The notes below the pieces were generated by a model. It ran no database searches and was not told the origin of the DNA. It saw only the letters and a program-made list of their open reading frames with translations. From an uncultured delta proteobacterium (lineage in GTDB: Bacteria; Myxococcota_A; Polyangia; Polyangiales; Polyangiaceae), in assembly GCA_963716725.1 (NCBI GenBank), contig CAVQUB010000020.1, forward strand, positions 197,040 to 261,039: a stretch of 64,000 nucleotides of DNA, read 5' to 3'. The position numbers were made by a program, and so were the translations under genes. Every line of letters starts with the position of its first letter. Positions within the stretch are counted from its first letter, which is position 1. Shown here one piece after another: positions 21,797 to 31,639 of this stretch.

Positions 21797-23215
21797 ATGC
21801 ACTCGCGGGTGAAGGACGCCGCCGTCGTCATCGTCGGCAAGGTGGCCGTCTCTTCGATCGTCCTCGGGAGCGGCTTCCGGGCAGTGTCCGACGACGACTA
21901 CGCAAGGATCGTCATTGCCCAGCGCTTTGCCGAGTCTCCGAGCCTCGATCCGAGCGGCACCAGCTGGTTGCCATTTCCCTTCTGGCTCAACGGGGGCGCG
22001 ATGATCGTGCTCGGGTCGAGCGTCGAAGTCGCTCGCGGGCTTGCCCTCGTGCTCGGCGTCGCGGCGAGCTTCGCAGTCTGGCTCTCGCTCCGGTGGCTCG
22101 GGGCCGGACGCCTCGGTGCGGTCGTGGGCGCCGTCGCCGCCTCGATCTTCCCCTACTCTGCCTGGCTCGGGGTCGCGGCAGTGCCCGAATTGCCCACGGC
22201 CGCCCTGTGCTTGCTCGCCGCAGCAAGCCTTCGTCGCGACGGCAGCGCGCGACTGTGGGGCGCGGTCGCAGTCCTCGTGGCCTGTCTCAGTCGCTACGAG
22301 GCCTGGCCCGTAGCCGCCGTGTTCGCCGCCTTTTGTCTTCGGAGCGCGCGCGTGCACGGGCTCGCCACCATCGTCGCCCTGGCCGGTCCTTGCGGGTGGC
22401 TGGCGCACGGGGCGCTCAGTCACGGCAGCGCATTCTTCTTCGTGAGGCGGGTGAGCGAGTATCGACGCGCCGTGGGCGCCGGCAACCAGGAGACCTGGAG
22501 CGCGCTCTCGGGCTTCCCGTCGATGCTCGTTCGGTGCGAACCGGAGCTGATTGCGTTCGTGGTCGTGGCCGTGGGCGCCGCTGTCGCGCTCGGGGGCAGC
22601 TCCGTCTTGCGTCGCCACGCTCGCGTGATCTGCGTATTCGGCGCGGTGCTCGTGTTCTTGGTGGCCGGTGATCTGCGCGACGGTGCGCCGACCCACCATG
22701 GAGAGCGAGCCCTGCTCGGTATCTGGCTGGGGCTCGCGGCGCTCGCCGGCGACGCCTTCGGTGAGGCGTGGGGCAGAGCCCGGGGTCCCATTGGCGCGCT
22801 GCTCCTGGCGGTGCCGGGACTCGCCATCGCGCCAATGACCGCCATCGTGCGCCCTTGGTACTCGGCGCGAGACGCCTTCGTCGATCGCACCCTGGAAGTC
22901 GAGATGGGTCGGGCCGCCCGACACGCAGCCGGTCCGAGCGGCCGCCTGCTGATCGACTCGCGGGACTTCGGGTTCTACGCAGCCATGGCGGGCTTCGGCT
23001 CGCCTTCGCGCTCGGCGACCCTCGACGACCGGGATCCCCGAAGGCCCCGGGCGCCAGACCCATTTTCGACTCCCGCCGCCCTGCGGGCGCGACTCGACCA
23101 CGAGCAGGCCGATTGGCTGCTCGTCGAAGCGGAACACGCTCCGAGCGCCGCGCATTTCGGGCCCGTGGAGCGGGACGGCGGGCGGCTCGTCCTGGTCAAG
23201 GTCCGGCCACGCTGA
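21797..23215 (+). CDS. Polytopic membrane protein, possible GT-C fold glycosyltransferase
   Basis: Acidic SDDD motif after TM1, WLPFPFW, RYEAW, many TM segments. Confidence 0.55.
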   Translation: MHSRVKDAAVVIVGKVAVSSIVLGSGFRAVSDDDYARIVIAQRFAESPSLDPSGTSWLPFPFWLNGGAMIVLGSSVEVARGLALVLGVAASFAVWLSLRWLGAGRLGAVVGAVAASIFPYSAWLGVAAVPELPTAALCLLAAASLRRDGSARLWGAVAVLVACLSRYEAWPVAAVFAAFCLRSARVHGLATIVALAGPCGWLAHGALSHGSAFFFVRRVSEYRRAVGAGNQETWSALSGFPSMLVRCEPELIAFVVVAVGAAVALGGSSVLRRHARVICVFGAVLVFLVAGDLRDGAPTHHGERALLGIWLGLAALAGDAFGEAWGRARGPIGALLLAVPGLAIAPMTAIVRPWYSARDAFVDRTLEVEMGRAARHAAGPSGRLLIDSRDFGFYAAMAGFGSPSRSATLDDRDPRRPRAPDPFSTPAALRARLDHEQADWLLVEAEHAPSAAHFGPVERDGGRLVLVKVRPR

Positions 23216-23323
23216 CCCCGGGCGCATCTGCACCCTGGGCCCGTTCTTTTGCGCTGTACTTGCGAGAGCCGGCTCGGCAGCCGAAAGTGTCTATCCCGCT
23301 CACACCCGGCCTCGACGTTCTCC

Positions 23324-24232
23324 ATGACCCACCCGCTATCGACCAAGTTCCGCGAAGTCGCCCCCGCGAGCTTCGAGCTCGCCGAGGCTGACCGCCTCGA
23401 ACTCGTGTTGGCAGAGGCGACGGAGCGAGGCGCCGCCGCCTGGCCCGGCGTGACCGTCGACCCGCTCGAATTCGTCCGCTTCCTCGCCGAGCGCGTCCCT
23501 CACCGCGCGGACCCAGCGCCTGCGCTCGCCGAACTGCGCATCGAAGAGCTCTACTTGTGTTGCGCAGCTCTGACCGGTTCGGCAGCAGCGATCCAGGAAC
23601 TCGACCGGCGCTTCATCTTGGACTCGGCACGCGCCTTGGGTCGCTTCGGCTCGAACAGCCAGACCCGCGACGAGGCGCTACAGCTGGCCCGAGAAAAACT
23701 CTTCGCGAGTACGCCCGACACTCCGCCAAAGCTCGCCCAGTACTCCGGCAAGGGCGCCCTGGGGGGCTGGATCCGCGTGGTGGTGGTACGCACGGCGCTC
23801 AACACTCAGCGCTCGGAAAAGCGTCACGTGCCACGCGACGACGACCTGCTCGCGACCCGCATCGCCGAAGACTCGGACGATCCGGAGCTGCGGGTGATGA
23901 AGGCGGAGTACGCCGATACGCTGGCGCTGGCCGTCGCGGGCGCGTTTCGCCGGCTCACCAGCGAACAGCGGAACTTGCTGCGGCTCTACGTGATCGACCA
24001 GCTCTCGCTGGCCGAGCTCGGCAAGCTCCACTCGGTGGATGCCTCCACAGTCTCGCGCTGGCTGACCAAGATCCGCGCTCGGCTGCTCGAGGACGCCCAG
24101 ACCGAGTTGTCCGAGCGCCACGCGCTCAGACCTTCGGAGTGCGCCAGCGTCATGCGCCTCGTGCGGAGCGATCTGCACCTCAGCATCGCCCGCCTTCTGC
24201 AAACGGAGCCCGCGGGCACTGTCGAGGTATGA
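23324..24232 (+). CDS. Myxococcales-type sigma-70/ECF-like factor
   Basis: ELYLCCA, YSGKGALGGWIRVV (region 2), QRNLLRLYVIDQLSLAELG..STVSRWL (region 4 HTH). Confidence 0.75.
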   Translation: MTHPLSTKFREVAPASFELAEADRLELVLAEATERGAAAWPGVTVDPLEFVRFLAERVPHRADPAPALAELRIEELYLCCAALTGSAAAIQELDRRFILDSARALGRFGSNSQTRDEALQLAREKLFASTPDTPPKLAQYSGKGALGGWIRVVVVRTALNTQRSEKRHVPRDDDLLATRIAEDSDDPELRVMKAEYADTLALAVAGAFRRLTSEQRNLLRLYVIDQLSLAELGKLHSVDASTVSRWLTKIRARLLEDAQTELSERHALRPSECASVMRLVRSDLHLSIARLLQTEPAGTVEV

Positions 24233-24235
24233 ACC

Positions 24236-26449
24236 ATGAAAGCTCAGTCGGAAGGGGGGTGTCTCGGCGAAGACGAGATGCTGGCGCTCGCCGACGGCAC
24301 GGCCCCCGCTGACGCGCGCTTCCGCGCCACCCGGCACCTGGACACCTGCGACGAGTGCCGCCGAGTGCTGGCTGCGGTCGCCCACGCCGACGAATCGGCG
24401 GAGGACGACGAGACCCCGACGCTCACGGCCAAGCGCCTGAGTGTGACCCTGCCTGCGGAGCTGATGAGCCGCTACGTCTTGCTCCGCGAGATGCGCGACT
24501 GCTCGAGCTACGTGGCGTACGTGGCCCGCGACCGAAACCGCGACGAACTGGTCGAGCTCAAGTGGATCCGGGACGAACTGGCCCGGCAGCCCGGAGTGGG
24601 CGACCGAGTGCGGACGGCGGTCACGCTGGCTCGGGCCGTCACCAGCGACCACGTGGTTCGCTTGCGTGAGGTCCACCAATCGGAGAGCGCCGTGCTCATC
24701 GCGGCAGACTTGGTGGCGAGCGACGACCTGGCCGCGCTGCTCCGCGCCCGAGGGATCGGCCCGGAGCTCGCCCTGGACGTCGTGCTCCAGTTCCTGGATG
24801 CACTCGCGACGGCGCACCGGACCGGCGTGACCCATGGTCAGCTTCGGACCGAAAACGTATTGGTCGATCTCTCCGGACACGTTCAGGTCACGGATTTCGG
24901 TTTGGCCGAAGCCATCCACGGGCGGGCCCGCACGCAGCCGGAGCGCGCGCTGGACGACACCCAAGCCGCGAGTCGCCTCGCGCTGACGTTGCTCGAGCGT
25001 TGCGGGGGGAGCGCGCCGGCCGTCGCCGCGATCCTCGAGAGCGCCATCGAGCATCCCGACGGCTTCCCCACTGCGGTCGAGTTGGCCGATGCCGTGGCGC
25101 GAGTCCAGGTCAATCGTCGGCCGCCCCCGGATCGGAAGAGCGCCGGCCGCGACCGCGACTGGCTACCCGCATCCGGTTCCATCATCGCGGACCGGTATTT
25201 GGTCGAAGGGCTCCTTGGCCGCGGCGGCATGGGAGCGGTGGTGACTGCTCTCGAGCGCGAGAGCGGTCGCCGGGTCGCCATCAAGTTGATGCCACCCAGG
25301 GCGACCAAGAGCCGGGCCGCGGTGGAGCGATTCATGCGCGAGGGTCGCGCGGCATCAGCGGTGGTGAGCGACCACGTGGTGCGGGTGTTGGAGGTCGGGC
25401 AGAGCACAGAGGGCGCCCCGTTCATCGTCATGGAGCACCTCGAAGGCGAGACCCTCGGTAGGTTGATCAAGCGCCGGGGCGCGCTTCCGCTCGCCGAGGC
25501 CTTGGACTACGTGCTTCAGGCCTGTGTCGCCGTCGCCGAATGCCACGCGATGGGCATCGTGCACCGAGACCTGAAGCCCGAGAACCTCATGGTGCTCGGC
25601 GATGCCGGTCAGTCCGCAACCGTGAAGGTCCTCGATTTCGGCGTGTCGAAGTCGGATTGGCTCGAGCAAGCCGCTCGCGTGCGCCTGACGGGCACCGCCG
25701 ACGTGCTTGGCACGCCGACACACATGTCTCCCGAGCAAGTGCGGAGCTCGAAGAGCGTGGATGCCCGAACGGACATCTGGGCGCTCGGCGTCATCCTCTA
25801 CGAGTTGGTGACCGGCAAGCCGCCCTTCATCGCCGACAACCTGCCGGCTCTCTGCGCGTCCATCGTCAGCGACGAGCCGCGGGCGCCCCGGGAGCTCACC
25901 CCGGGGCTGCCGCCACCTCTCGAGGCGGTTATCCTGCGGTGCTTGGAGAAACACCCGGACGCTCGCCCCTTCAGCGTGCGGTCCCTGGCTGAACAGCTCG
26001 CGCCCTTTGCGTCGGGGTCGGGTGAAGCGGCCGTCGAGAAGATCCGCCACATCGGCGAGGCCAGCGTGCCTCGGCTCTCGGCGCCCCCTCCGCCACCACC
26101 ACCTCCCGCGTCGGTGCCGCCGCCAGCACCGGCCACGATGACCACGGGCAACGCCCTGGGCGACACCGCGAGCTTCGGCCGACGGGTCTCCACTCGCCGG
26201 CGCTCGGTGATCGCCGCCGGGGCGTTGATCCTGTCCATCGGCGCAGTAGCCAGCTTGGTCCTGCTCGCGCTCGACGACGACGTCGAGGCCACGGTGACGC
26301 AGATCCCGGGCGCCGCGACGGCCGCGACGGCCGCGAAGACCGAGGAGCCGGTGGAGCTGGCGGCGCCCCCGGCCAGCAGCGCCGACGCGGGCCCGCCGGG
26401 AAAACGCAGGCCTCGCCCGACCGGAAGCCCGCTCGACACCCGCTTCTGA
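24236..26449 (+). CDS. Membrane Ser/Thr kinase with N-terminal zf-HC2 motif and a pseudokinase domain
   Basis: HLDTCDEC; degenerate first kinase domain (HGQLRTEN..DFG); intact second domain (GRGGMG, VAIK, HRDLKPEN, DFG, MSPEQ); TM segment. Confidence 0.88.
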   Translation: MKAQSEGGCLGEDEMLALADGTAPADARFRATRHLDTCDECRRVLAAVAHADESAEDDETPTLTAKRLSVTLPAELMSRYVLLREMRDCSSYVAYVARDRNRDELVELKWIRDELARQPGVGDRVRTAVTLARAVTSDHVVRLREVHQSESAVLIAADLVASDDLAALLRARGIGPELALDVVLQFLDALATAHRTGVTHGQLRTENVLVDLSGHVQVTDFGLAEAIHGRARTQPERALDDTQAASRLALTLLERCGGSAPAVAAILESAIEHPDGFPTAVELADAVARVQVNRRPPPDRKSAGRDRDWLPASGSIIADRYLVEGLLGRGGMGAVVTALERESGRRVAIKLMPPRATKSRAAVERFMREGRAASAVVSDHVVRVLEVGQSTEGAPFIVMEHLEGETLGRLIKRRGALPLAEALDYVLQACVAVAECHAMGIVHRDLKPENLMVLGDAGQSATVKVLDFGVSKSDWLEQAARVRLTGTADVLGTPTHMSPEQVRSSKSVDARTDIWALGVILYELVTGKPPFIADNLPALCASIVSDEPRAPRELTPGLPPPLEAVILRCLEKHPDARPFSVRSLAEQLAPFASGSGEAAVEKIRHIGEASVPRLSAPPPPPPPPASVPPPAPATMTTGNALGDTASFGRRVSTRRRSVIAAGALILSIGAVASLVLLALDDDVEATVTQIPGAATAATAAKTEEPVELAAPPASSADAGPPGKRRPRPTGSPLDTRF

Positions 26450-26515
26450 GCGCTTTGTCTGCAAGCCCCGGCGCGAGGGGTGTCGAGGGTGTGGGTCCCA
26501 CCCACCCGCCCCCCC

Positions 26516-27967
26516 ATGTCGACGCGCCATTTATCCAAGGCCTCGCTGGTCGTTTTCGCGCTCGGTCTGATCGCGGGGCGGGGCCACGCGGCCGAGGCCG
26601 AGCCCATCTACGGCGGCTCGAAGGTGAAGCAGTGCGGGTGGCCGACGACGGTCGCGCTCGGCGGGTGCACCGGGACGTTGGTGCACCCCGAGTTGGTGAT
26701 CTTCGCCGCTCACTGCATGCAAGGCAGCAGCGGACCGAGCAAAGCGACCTTCGGCGACAACGAGAACAGCCCCGCCTTCTCGGTCTCGACCAAGGGCTGC
26801 AAGGCTCACCCGAAGTACCCCGGCACATCCGGGAACGACATGGCCTACTGCCGGCTCTCGCAGGCCGTGACCCAAGTGCCCATCGTCCCCATTCTCATGG
26901 GCTGCGAGACGCAGGTACTCGTGCCGGGAGCGAGCGTGGTCGCCGTCGGATTCGGTCAAGCCAACGACGGACTCGGGTGGGGACCCAAACGCGAAGTGAC
27001 GATGGCGCTCAACTCCATCAAGAACAACGAAGCGTTCATTGGCGGCGCCGGCAAGGACACCTGTTACGGCGACTCGGGTGGCCCGGTCTACGTGCAGCTC
27101 TCCGATGGAAGCTGGCGCGTGTTCGGGATCACGTCGTACGGCGAGTACTGCGGCGGCGGGGGCTACTACTCGATGATGCACACCACCATCGACTGGGTGG
27201 AGCAAAACTCGGGCCTCGACCTCACGCCATGCCACCAGCAAGGACAGTGGGCGCCGACGGCTGCGTGCGGCTCGTTTCCCAAATCACCGGGCGTCGGGGG
27301 CATGGCGTGGAGCACCAAGTGCGCGACCAGCGACCTGTCGGCGCTCAGCGCCACCTGCGGCTCGCCCTACGGCGGCGGGGGCGGCTCGGGAGGAGCGCCT
27401 CCCGGCGGCGGTGGTGCTCCCTCGGGGGGCGGCGGCAGCGGCGGCGTTCCCTCTGGCGGCGGAGGAGGCAGCGGCGGCGTTCCCTCTGGCGGCGGCGGAG
27501 GCAGCGGCGGCGTTCCCTCTGGCGGCGGCGGCGCGAACAGCGGCGGCACGCCAGGATTCGGCGGAGGCAACAACACCGGAGGATACGGTGCCGGCTCCAG
27601 CGGCGGTGGCGGAGAAGGCAACACCGCGGGGGTGGGCGGCGGCAGTGCCGGCGGCGGCGGTGGCGTCGACATCGGCTCACCGGGCTGCTCGACCGCACCG
27701 GACTGCAACGCTTGCTCGTCGTGCACCGCTCACTGCACCTGCGCCACGGGCGATGCCCAGAACTGCGCCGTCGCGTGCGCACCCTATGGCCCGAACTCCG
27801 GCCCCGGCGGGCCCAGCGTGGGCCCGGAGGGCGTTCCTTCGCACGACAACGGCGAGGTGACCGCCGGCTGCGCCTGTCGATCTTCCGCACCAACACCGCC
27901 AACCGCGCCGCTGGCGCTCTTCACGCTTGCCCTCATCGGGTCGACGGCGCTGCGCCGCCGCAGGTAA
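26516..27967 (+). CDS. Secreted S1 (trypsin-like) serine protease with MYXO-CTERM-like tail
   Basis: IYGG mature N-terminus, AAHC, GDSGGP; C-terminal GCAC..hydrophobic..RRRR. Confidence 0.9.
   Translation: MSTRHLSKASLVVFALGLIAGRGHAAEAEPIYGGSKVKQCGWPTTVALGGCTGTLVHPELVIFAAHCMQGSSGPSKATFGDNENSPAFSVSTKGCKAHPKYPGTSGNDMAYCRLSQAVTQVPIVPILMGCETQVLVPGASVVAVGFGQANDGLGWGPKREVTMALNSIKNNEAFIGGAGKDTCYGDSGGPVYVQLSDGSWRVFGITSYGEYCGGGGYYSMMHTTIDWVEQNSGLDLTPCHQQGQWAPTAACGSFPKSPGVGGMAWSTKCATSDLSALSATCGSPYGGGGGSGGAPPGGGGAPSGGGGSGGVPSGGGGGSGGVPSGGGGGSGGVPSGGGGANSGGTPGFGGGNNTGGYGAGSSGGGGEGNTAGVGGGSAGGGGGVDIGSPGCSTAPDCNACSSCTAHCTCATGDAQNCAVACAPYGPNSGPGGPSVGPEGVPSHDNGEVTAGCACRSSAPTPPTAPLALFTLALIGSTALRRRR
27434..27532 (+). 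repeat. Three 33-bp coding repeats (GSGGVPSGGGG)
   Basis: Unit ggcagcggcggcgttccctctggcggcggagga, imperfect. Confidence 0.8.
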
Positions 27968-27970
27968 ACC

Positions 27971-29378
27971 ATGTCCGAAGCCACACCCACCCCCGAGCTC
28001 CGTTCCTACACCGAATCGATCGTCGATCTGTCCGACTCGGTTCTCATCTCCCTCGATCCATCGGAACCCGAGCTCGCTCCCTACGAAGACGCCACCGTCG
28101 AGCGCACGGTGAAACGTCTGCCGGACTTCAGCATTCTGGACGACCTGCCCACCGCGCCGAAGCGCGCGCCCCGGCACGACACCCTGGTTCCTCCGGCGTC
28201 CACCGACGCATCCGAGGAGCTGACGGCCCTGCCGGCGGTCCGCTCGTTCGCCGCCGAGCAGGAGGAAGTGGCGCCGCCACGACCCGCCTCGGCAAGGCCG
28301 AAGCAGCAAGACTCACTACCGCCGATCCCCTCGCCTCCGACCCGGAAACCGGCTTCTCTCCCGCCGATCTCGGCGTTGCCAAGGAAGCGACTGGACTCGC
28401 TGCCGCCGGTCGTTGGGCTGCCGCGGAAGAAGAAGAAGCGGCCCCCTTCGCTGCCGCCCATCGCTGCCCTGCCCGCCAAACACCCCGCCCAAAAAACGCC
28501 GACGATGCCCCTCGATCTGCCGCGGGCCCCGGCCACCCTCGAGTGGGCGCTACCGACCGGTGAACCCGAGCACTACCCGGAAGACAACGAGCGTACCAGC
28601 GTCATGCCGGTGGCCGCGGCGGTCGAACGAAAGCCAGTGCACGCCTGGTCGCGCAAGTCAGGCCTCGCTCTCGCTGCCGGCGCGCTCCTCGGCCTCGTGG
28701 TCTTTCTGGGCGTGTTCATCTCGCTGCAGCCGGCAGCTCCAAGTCAAGCTGCCGGTCCTCCGGACGCACTGTTGGTGACGATCGCCGGCCCCGGTGGCGG
28801 CAGCGTCGTGAGCCCGCAGGTGTTCATCGACGGAGTCAAGCGATGTGAGAGCTCGCCGTGCTTGGTGCCCGGGCTCGGAGACGGATTGCACTTCGTGACG
28901 GTCACTGCGCCAGAGTACGTGACGACCAGCCCGCGAATCGTGCGAGTCGCGCCGAAGCAGCCAGCGCTGTTGCACATCGATCTCGGCTCCGGAAAAACTG
29001 CTGCCTCCCGCGCCGGAGCTGACGATGAGCACCTCGGTCGATTCGCTGCCGTTCGAGCCCTCGGTGCCCTCGGCTCCGACCAGCGTCGCCCCTGCTTCCG
29101 AAGCGCTCGTCAATGACGCGACGCCCGCGCCCGCGCCCGCACCGCCGTCTTTCCGCCCGCCGGTCGTGGCGGAGGCCGGCGCATTCCTCAACGTGAACTC
29201 GATTCCTCCGTCAGCAGTCTTGGTGGACGGGCGCCCCCTGGGCATGACTCCGAAGATGAACGTGGCCGTGAAGCCCGGCTCGCACGTGGTCGTGTTCATC
29301 CACCCCGAACACGGCCGACGCGCACGGGCGGTGATGGTCGATGCCGGCGCGCGGCAGACCGTCGCCATGCGGTTCTGA
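27971..29378 (+). CDS. Pro-rich membrane protein with PEGA-like domains (frameshift near 29000)
   Basis: TM segment, VFIDGVKRC, then in the next frame LNVNSIPPSAVLVDGRPLGMTP..PGSHVV. Confidence 0.7.
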
Positions 29379-29391
29379 TTGGAGATCCACC

Positions 29392-30888
29392 ATGAAGCAA
29401 CGTCTTTGGTTTTTCGTCTCGTTCGTCGCCGTCTTCGGCTGCGCTTTCGGTACCGATGGCGGAGAGCTGGGCAAGGGCGGCAGCGGCAACTCCGCCGGGA
29501 CGAGCTCGTCGAGCTGTAAAGCGCCCGCCTGCGGCACCTGCGGCAGTTGCTATCAACGCTGCCTGTGCGAAACCAATGACGCTTCGCTCTGCCTGCAGGC
29601 GTGCGGCAACCCAGGCAGTGGTGGCGCAAGCGCCGGAGGCGGCGGCGTTCCGGCCGCTGGCGGCGCGAGCGCCGGCGGCACCAGCTCCGGCGGCGCGAGC
29701 GCCGGCGGAACCAGCTCCGGCGGAACCAACTCCGGCGGCGGTGGGTCGGGAGGCGGCAACGCCGGCGGCGGCGGCTCCGGCAACGCGGGTGGTGGCAGCG
29801 GCGGGTCCAGCTCCGGCGGCAGTTGTTGCAGCGCGGGCACCGGACCGGGCTGCGGTGACTCCGCCATCGAAGCCTGCGTCTGCGCCCAAGACGACTACTG
29901 CTGCAAGACCGAGTGGGACGGGCTCTGCGTCAGCGAGGTCGAGAAGTTTGGGTGCGGTTCCTGCTCCGGCGGTGGCGGCGGCTCCCCGGGTGGCGGCGGC
30001 TCCCCGGGTGGCGGCGGCTCCCCGGGTGGCGGCGGCTCCCCGGGTGGCGGCGGCTCCCCGGGTGGCGGCGGCGCGACCGGGGGTGGCGGCTCGCCCAGCG
30101 GCGGTGGAACGGCAGGAACCGGAGGCAGCGGCGGGTTCCCGACCGGCGCCGTCGCTTGGAAGACCTTCGCCGAGCAGCACACCCAATCGAACGCCGGGTG
30201 GGGCAGCTACATGACCGACGTGATCCGTCACTTGCCGCTCTCCTACGGGAACACCTACTACGACAGCGACAAGGTGACGTACGTCCACGAGACGACCCAC
30301 GGCATCAACTCCCACCTGCGCAACTACCTCAACGACACCGGCAAGAAGGCCAACGCCTTCTACGTGGGCGGGAACAAGTTCGCGTTGGTGGTCGAACCCA
30401 AAATGCTCAAGAGCGACGCGAACCCCTACGTGCCCCAGAGCCTGCGGGAGAGCCGCTACAGCCTGTACCTTCAGGGATCGAGCGCGTGGAACGACACGCC
30501 CCTGTATCTGTTCGACGAGTGGGTCGGGTACAGCAACGGGACCGAATCCGCAGTGAACCTGGTGAAGGAGGGCAAGTGGGGCGCAGGCTGGCGCGACACC
30601 TTCGGCTCCCTCGAGTTCACGGTCTACGCGCTGGCCGTCGGCATGGCCGCGGAGGCCAAGGACCCGACCTACTTCGCGGGCTACGCCCAGTTCCGCGAGT
30701 TCTTGAAGTGGAACGCCGAGCGATCGATGACGCTCTACCACCAGGCCAAGGGCATGACCGAGTTCAAGTGGGCAAAGATGGACACTTATTACTCGACGAT
30801 GCTGACGAGCGCAGATGCGGCCCAGCTCCGCGCCTGGACGAAGAAGACCTACGGCGACGCTTGGGCCAAGAACGTCATGGGGTTCTGA
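29392..30888 (+). CDS. Cys/Gly-rich lipoprotein with a C-terminal HExxH (putative metallopeptidase) domain
   Basis: GGAG RBS, lipobox VFGC, two Cys modules, YVHETTHGIN, downstream YLFDEW. Confidence 0.7.
   Translation: MKQRLWFFVSFVAVFGCAFGTDGGELGKGGSGNSAGTSSSSCKAPACGTCGSCYQRCLCETNDASLCLQACGNPGSGGASAGGGGVPAAGGASAGGTSSGGASAGGTSSGGTNSGGGGSGGGNAGGGGSGNAGGGSGGSSSGGSCCSAGTGPGCGDSAIEACVCAQDDYCCKTEWDGLCVSEVEKFGCGSCSGGGGGSPGGGGSPGGGGSPGGGGSPGGGGSPGGGGATGGGGSPSGGGTAGTGGSGGFPTGAVAWKTFAEQHTQSNAGWGSYMTDVIRHLPLSYGNTYYDSDKVTYVHETTHGINSHLRNYLNDTGKKANAFYVGGNKFALVVEPKMLKSDANPYVPQSLRESRYSLYLQGSSAWNDTPLYLFDEWVGYSNGTESAVNLVKEGKWGAGWRDTFGSLEFTVYALAVGMAAEAKDPTYFAGYAQFREFLKWNAERSMTLYHQAKGMTEFKWAKMDTYYSTMLTSADAAQLRAWTKKTYGDAWAKNVMGF
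29971..30060 (+). repeat. Five perfect 18-bp coding tandem repeats (GGGGSP)
   Basis: ggtggcggcggctccccg x5. Confidence 0.92.
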
Positions 30889-30925
30889 TGCAAGCGCGCC
30901 CATTGCAGGTGTCCATGTGGGTGCA

Positions 30926-31627
30926 ATGTCTACGCGCACCCGCTCCGGAGCCTGGTTGTTGCTGCTGTCCGCGTGGGCCTGCGGGGGCAGCCCCGAGCCC
31001 GCCGCCGACGAAAACTGCATCCCGAACCAATCGGTCGCCTGCACCTGCCCCGGTGGGAGCGTCGGCGTCCGGATCTGCGCAGCGGACGGCAAGGGCTTCG
31101 GCGAGTGCTCGGCCTGCCAGAAGGCAGTCGAAGGCTGCTCCCTCGAGCCAGACTGCGACGGCTGCTCGTCGTGCTTCGACTCCTGCGTCTGTCAGGGCGG
31201 CGACGCCAAGACCTGCCTGAAGTCCTGCGCGGGCGCCACGGGGTCGGGCGGCAGCGGCGCCAGTTCGAGCGGCGGTGCTCCCGCGGGTGGCGGGTACGGC
31301 GGCAGCGGCAGCGGAGGCAGCGGCGGGTACTCGGGAGGTGGCTCGAGTGGCGGCGGCGGGTACTCGGGGGGCGGGAGCGGAGGCGGCGCCGCCCTCGACT
31401 GCGCCGGCTGCGTGGCCCAGAGCTGCGGCAGCGAGCTGTCCGGCTGCTCGCAGACCTCGGGCTGCATGGAACTCGTGCAGTGCGCGGATCAAGCCGGCTG
31501 TTCGCTCAGCGACTACGGCTGCCTGGTGATGGGGTGCGGTCTGTACATGATCAATTTCAAGGCGGTGCCGGCGGCGGCTTCGCTCGGAAACTGTGCGGCA
31601 TCAGCTTGCGCAGTCGAGTGCTCATAG
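30926..31627 (+). CDS. Cys/Gly-rich lipoprotein
   Basis: Lipobox AWAC; three Cys-rich modules and a Gly/Ser linker. Confidence 0.7.
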   Translation: MSTRTRSGAWLLLLSAWACGGSPEPAADENCIPNQSVACTCPGGSVGVRICAADGKGFGECSACQKAVEGCSLEPDCDGCSSCFDSCVCQGGDAKTCLKSCAGATGSGGSGASSSGGAPAGGGYGGSGSGGSGGYSGGGSSGGGGYSGGGSGGGAALDCAGCVAQSCGSELSGCSQTSGCMELVQCADQAGCSLSDYGCLVMGCGLYMINFKAVPAAASLGNCAASACAVECS

Positions 31628-31639
31628 CTCGGAGGAACG

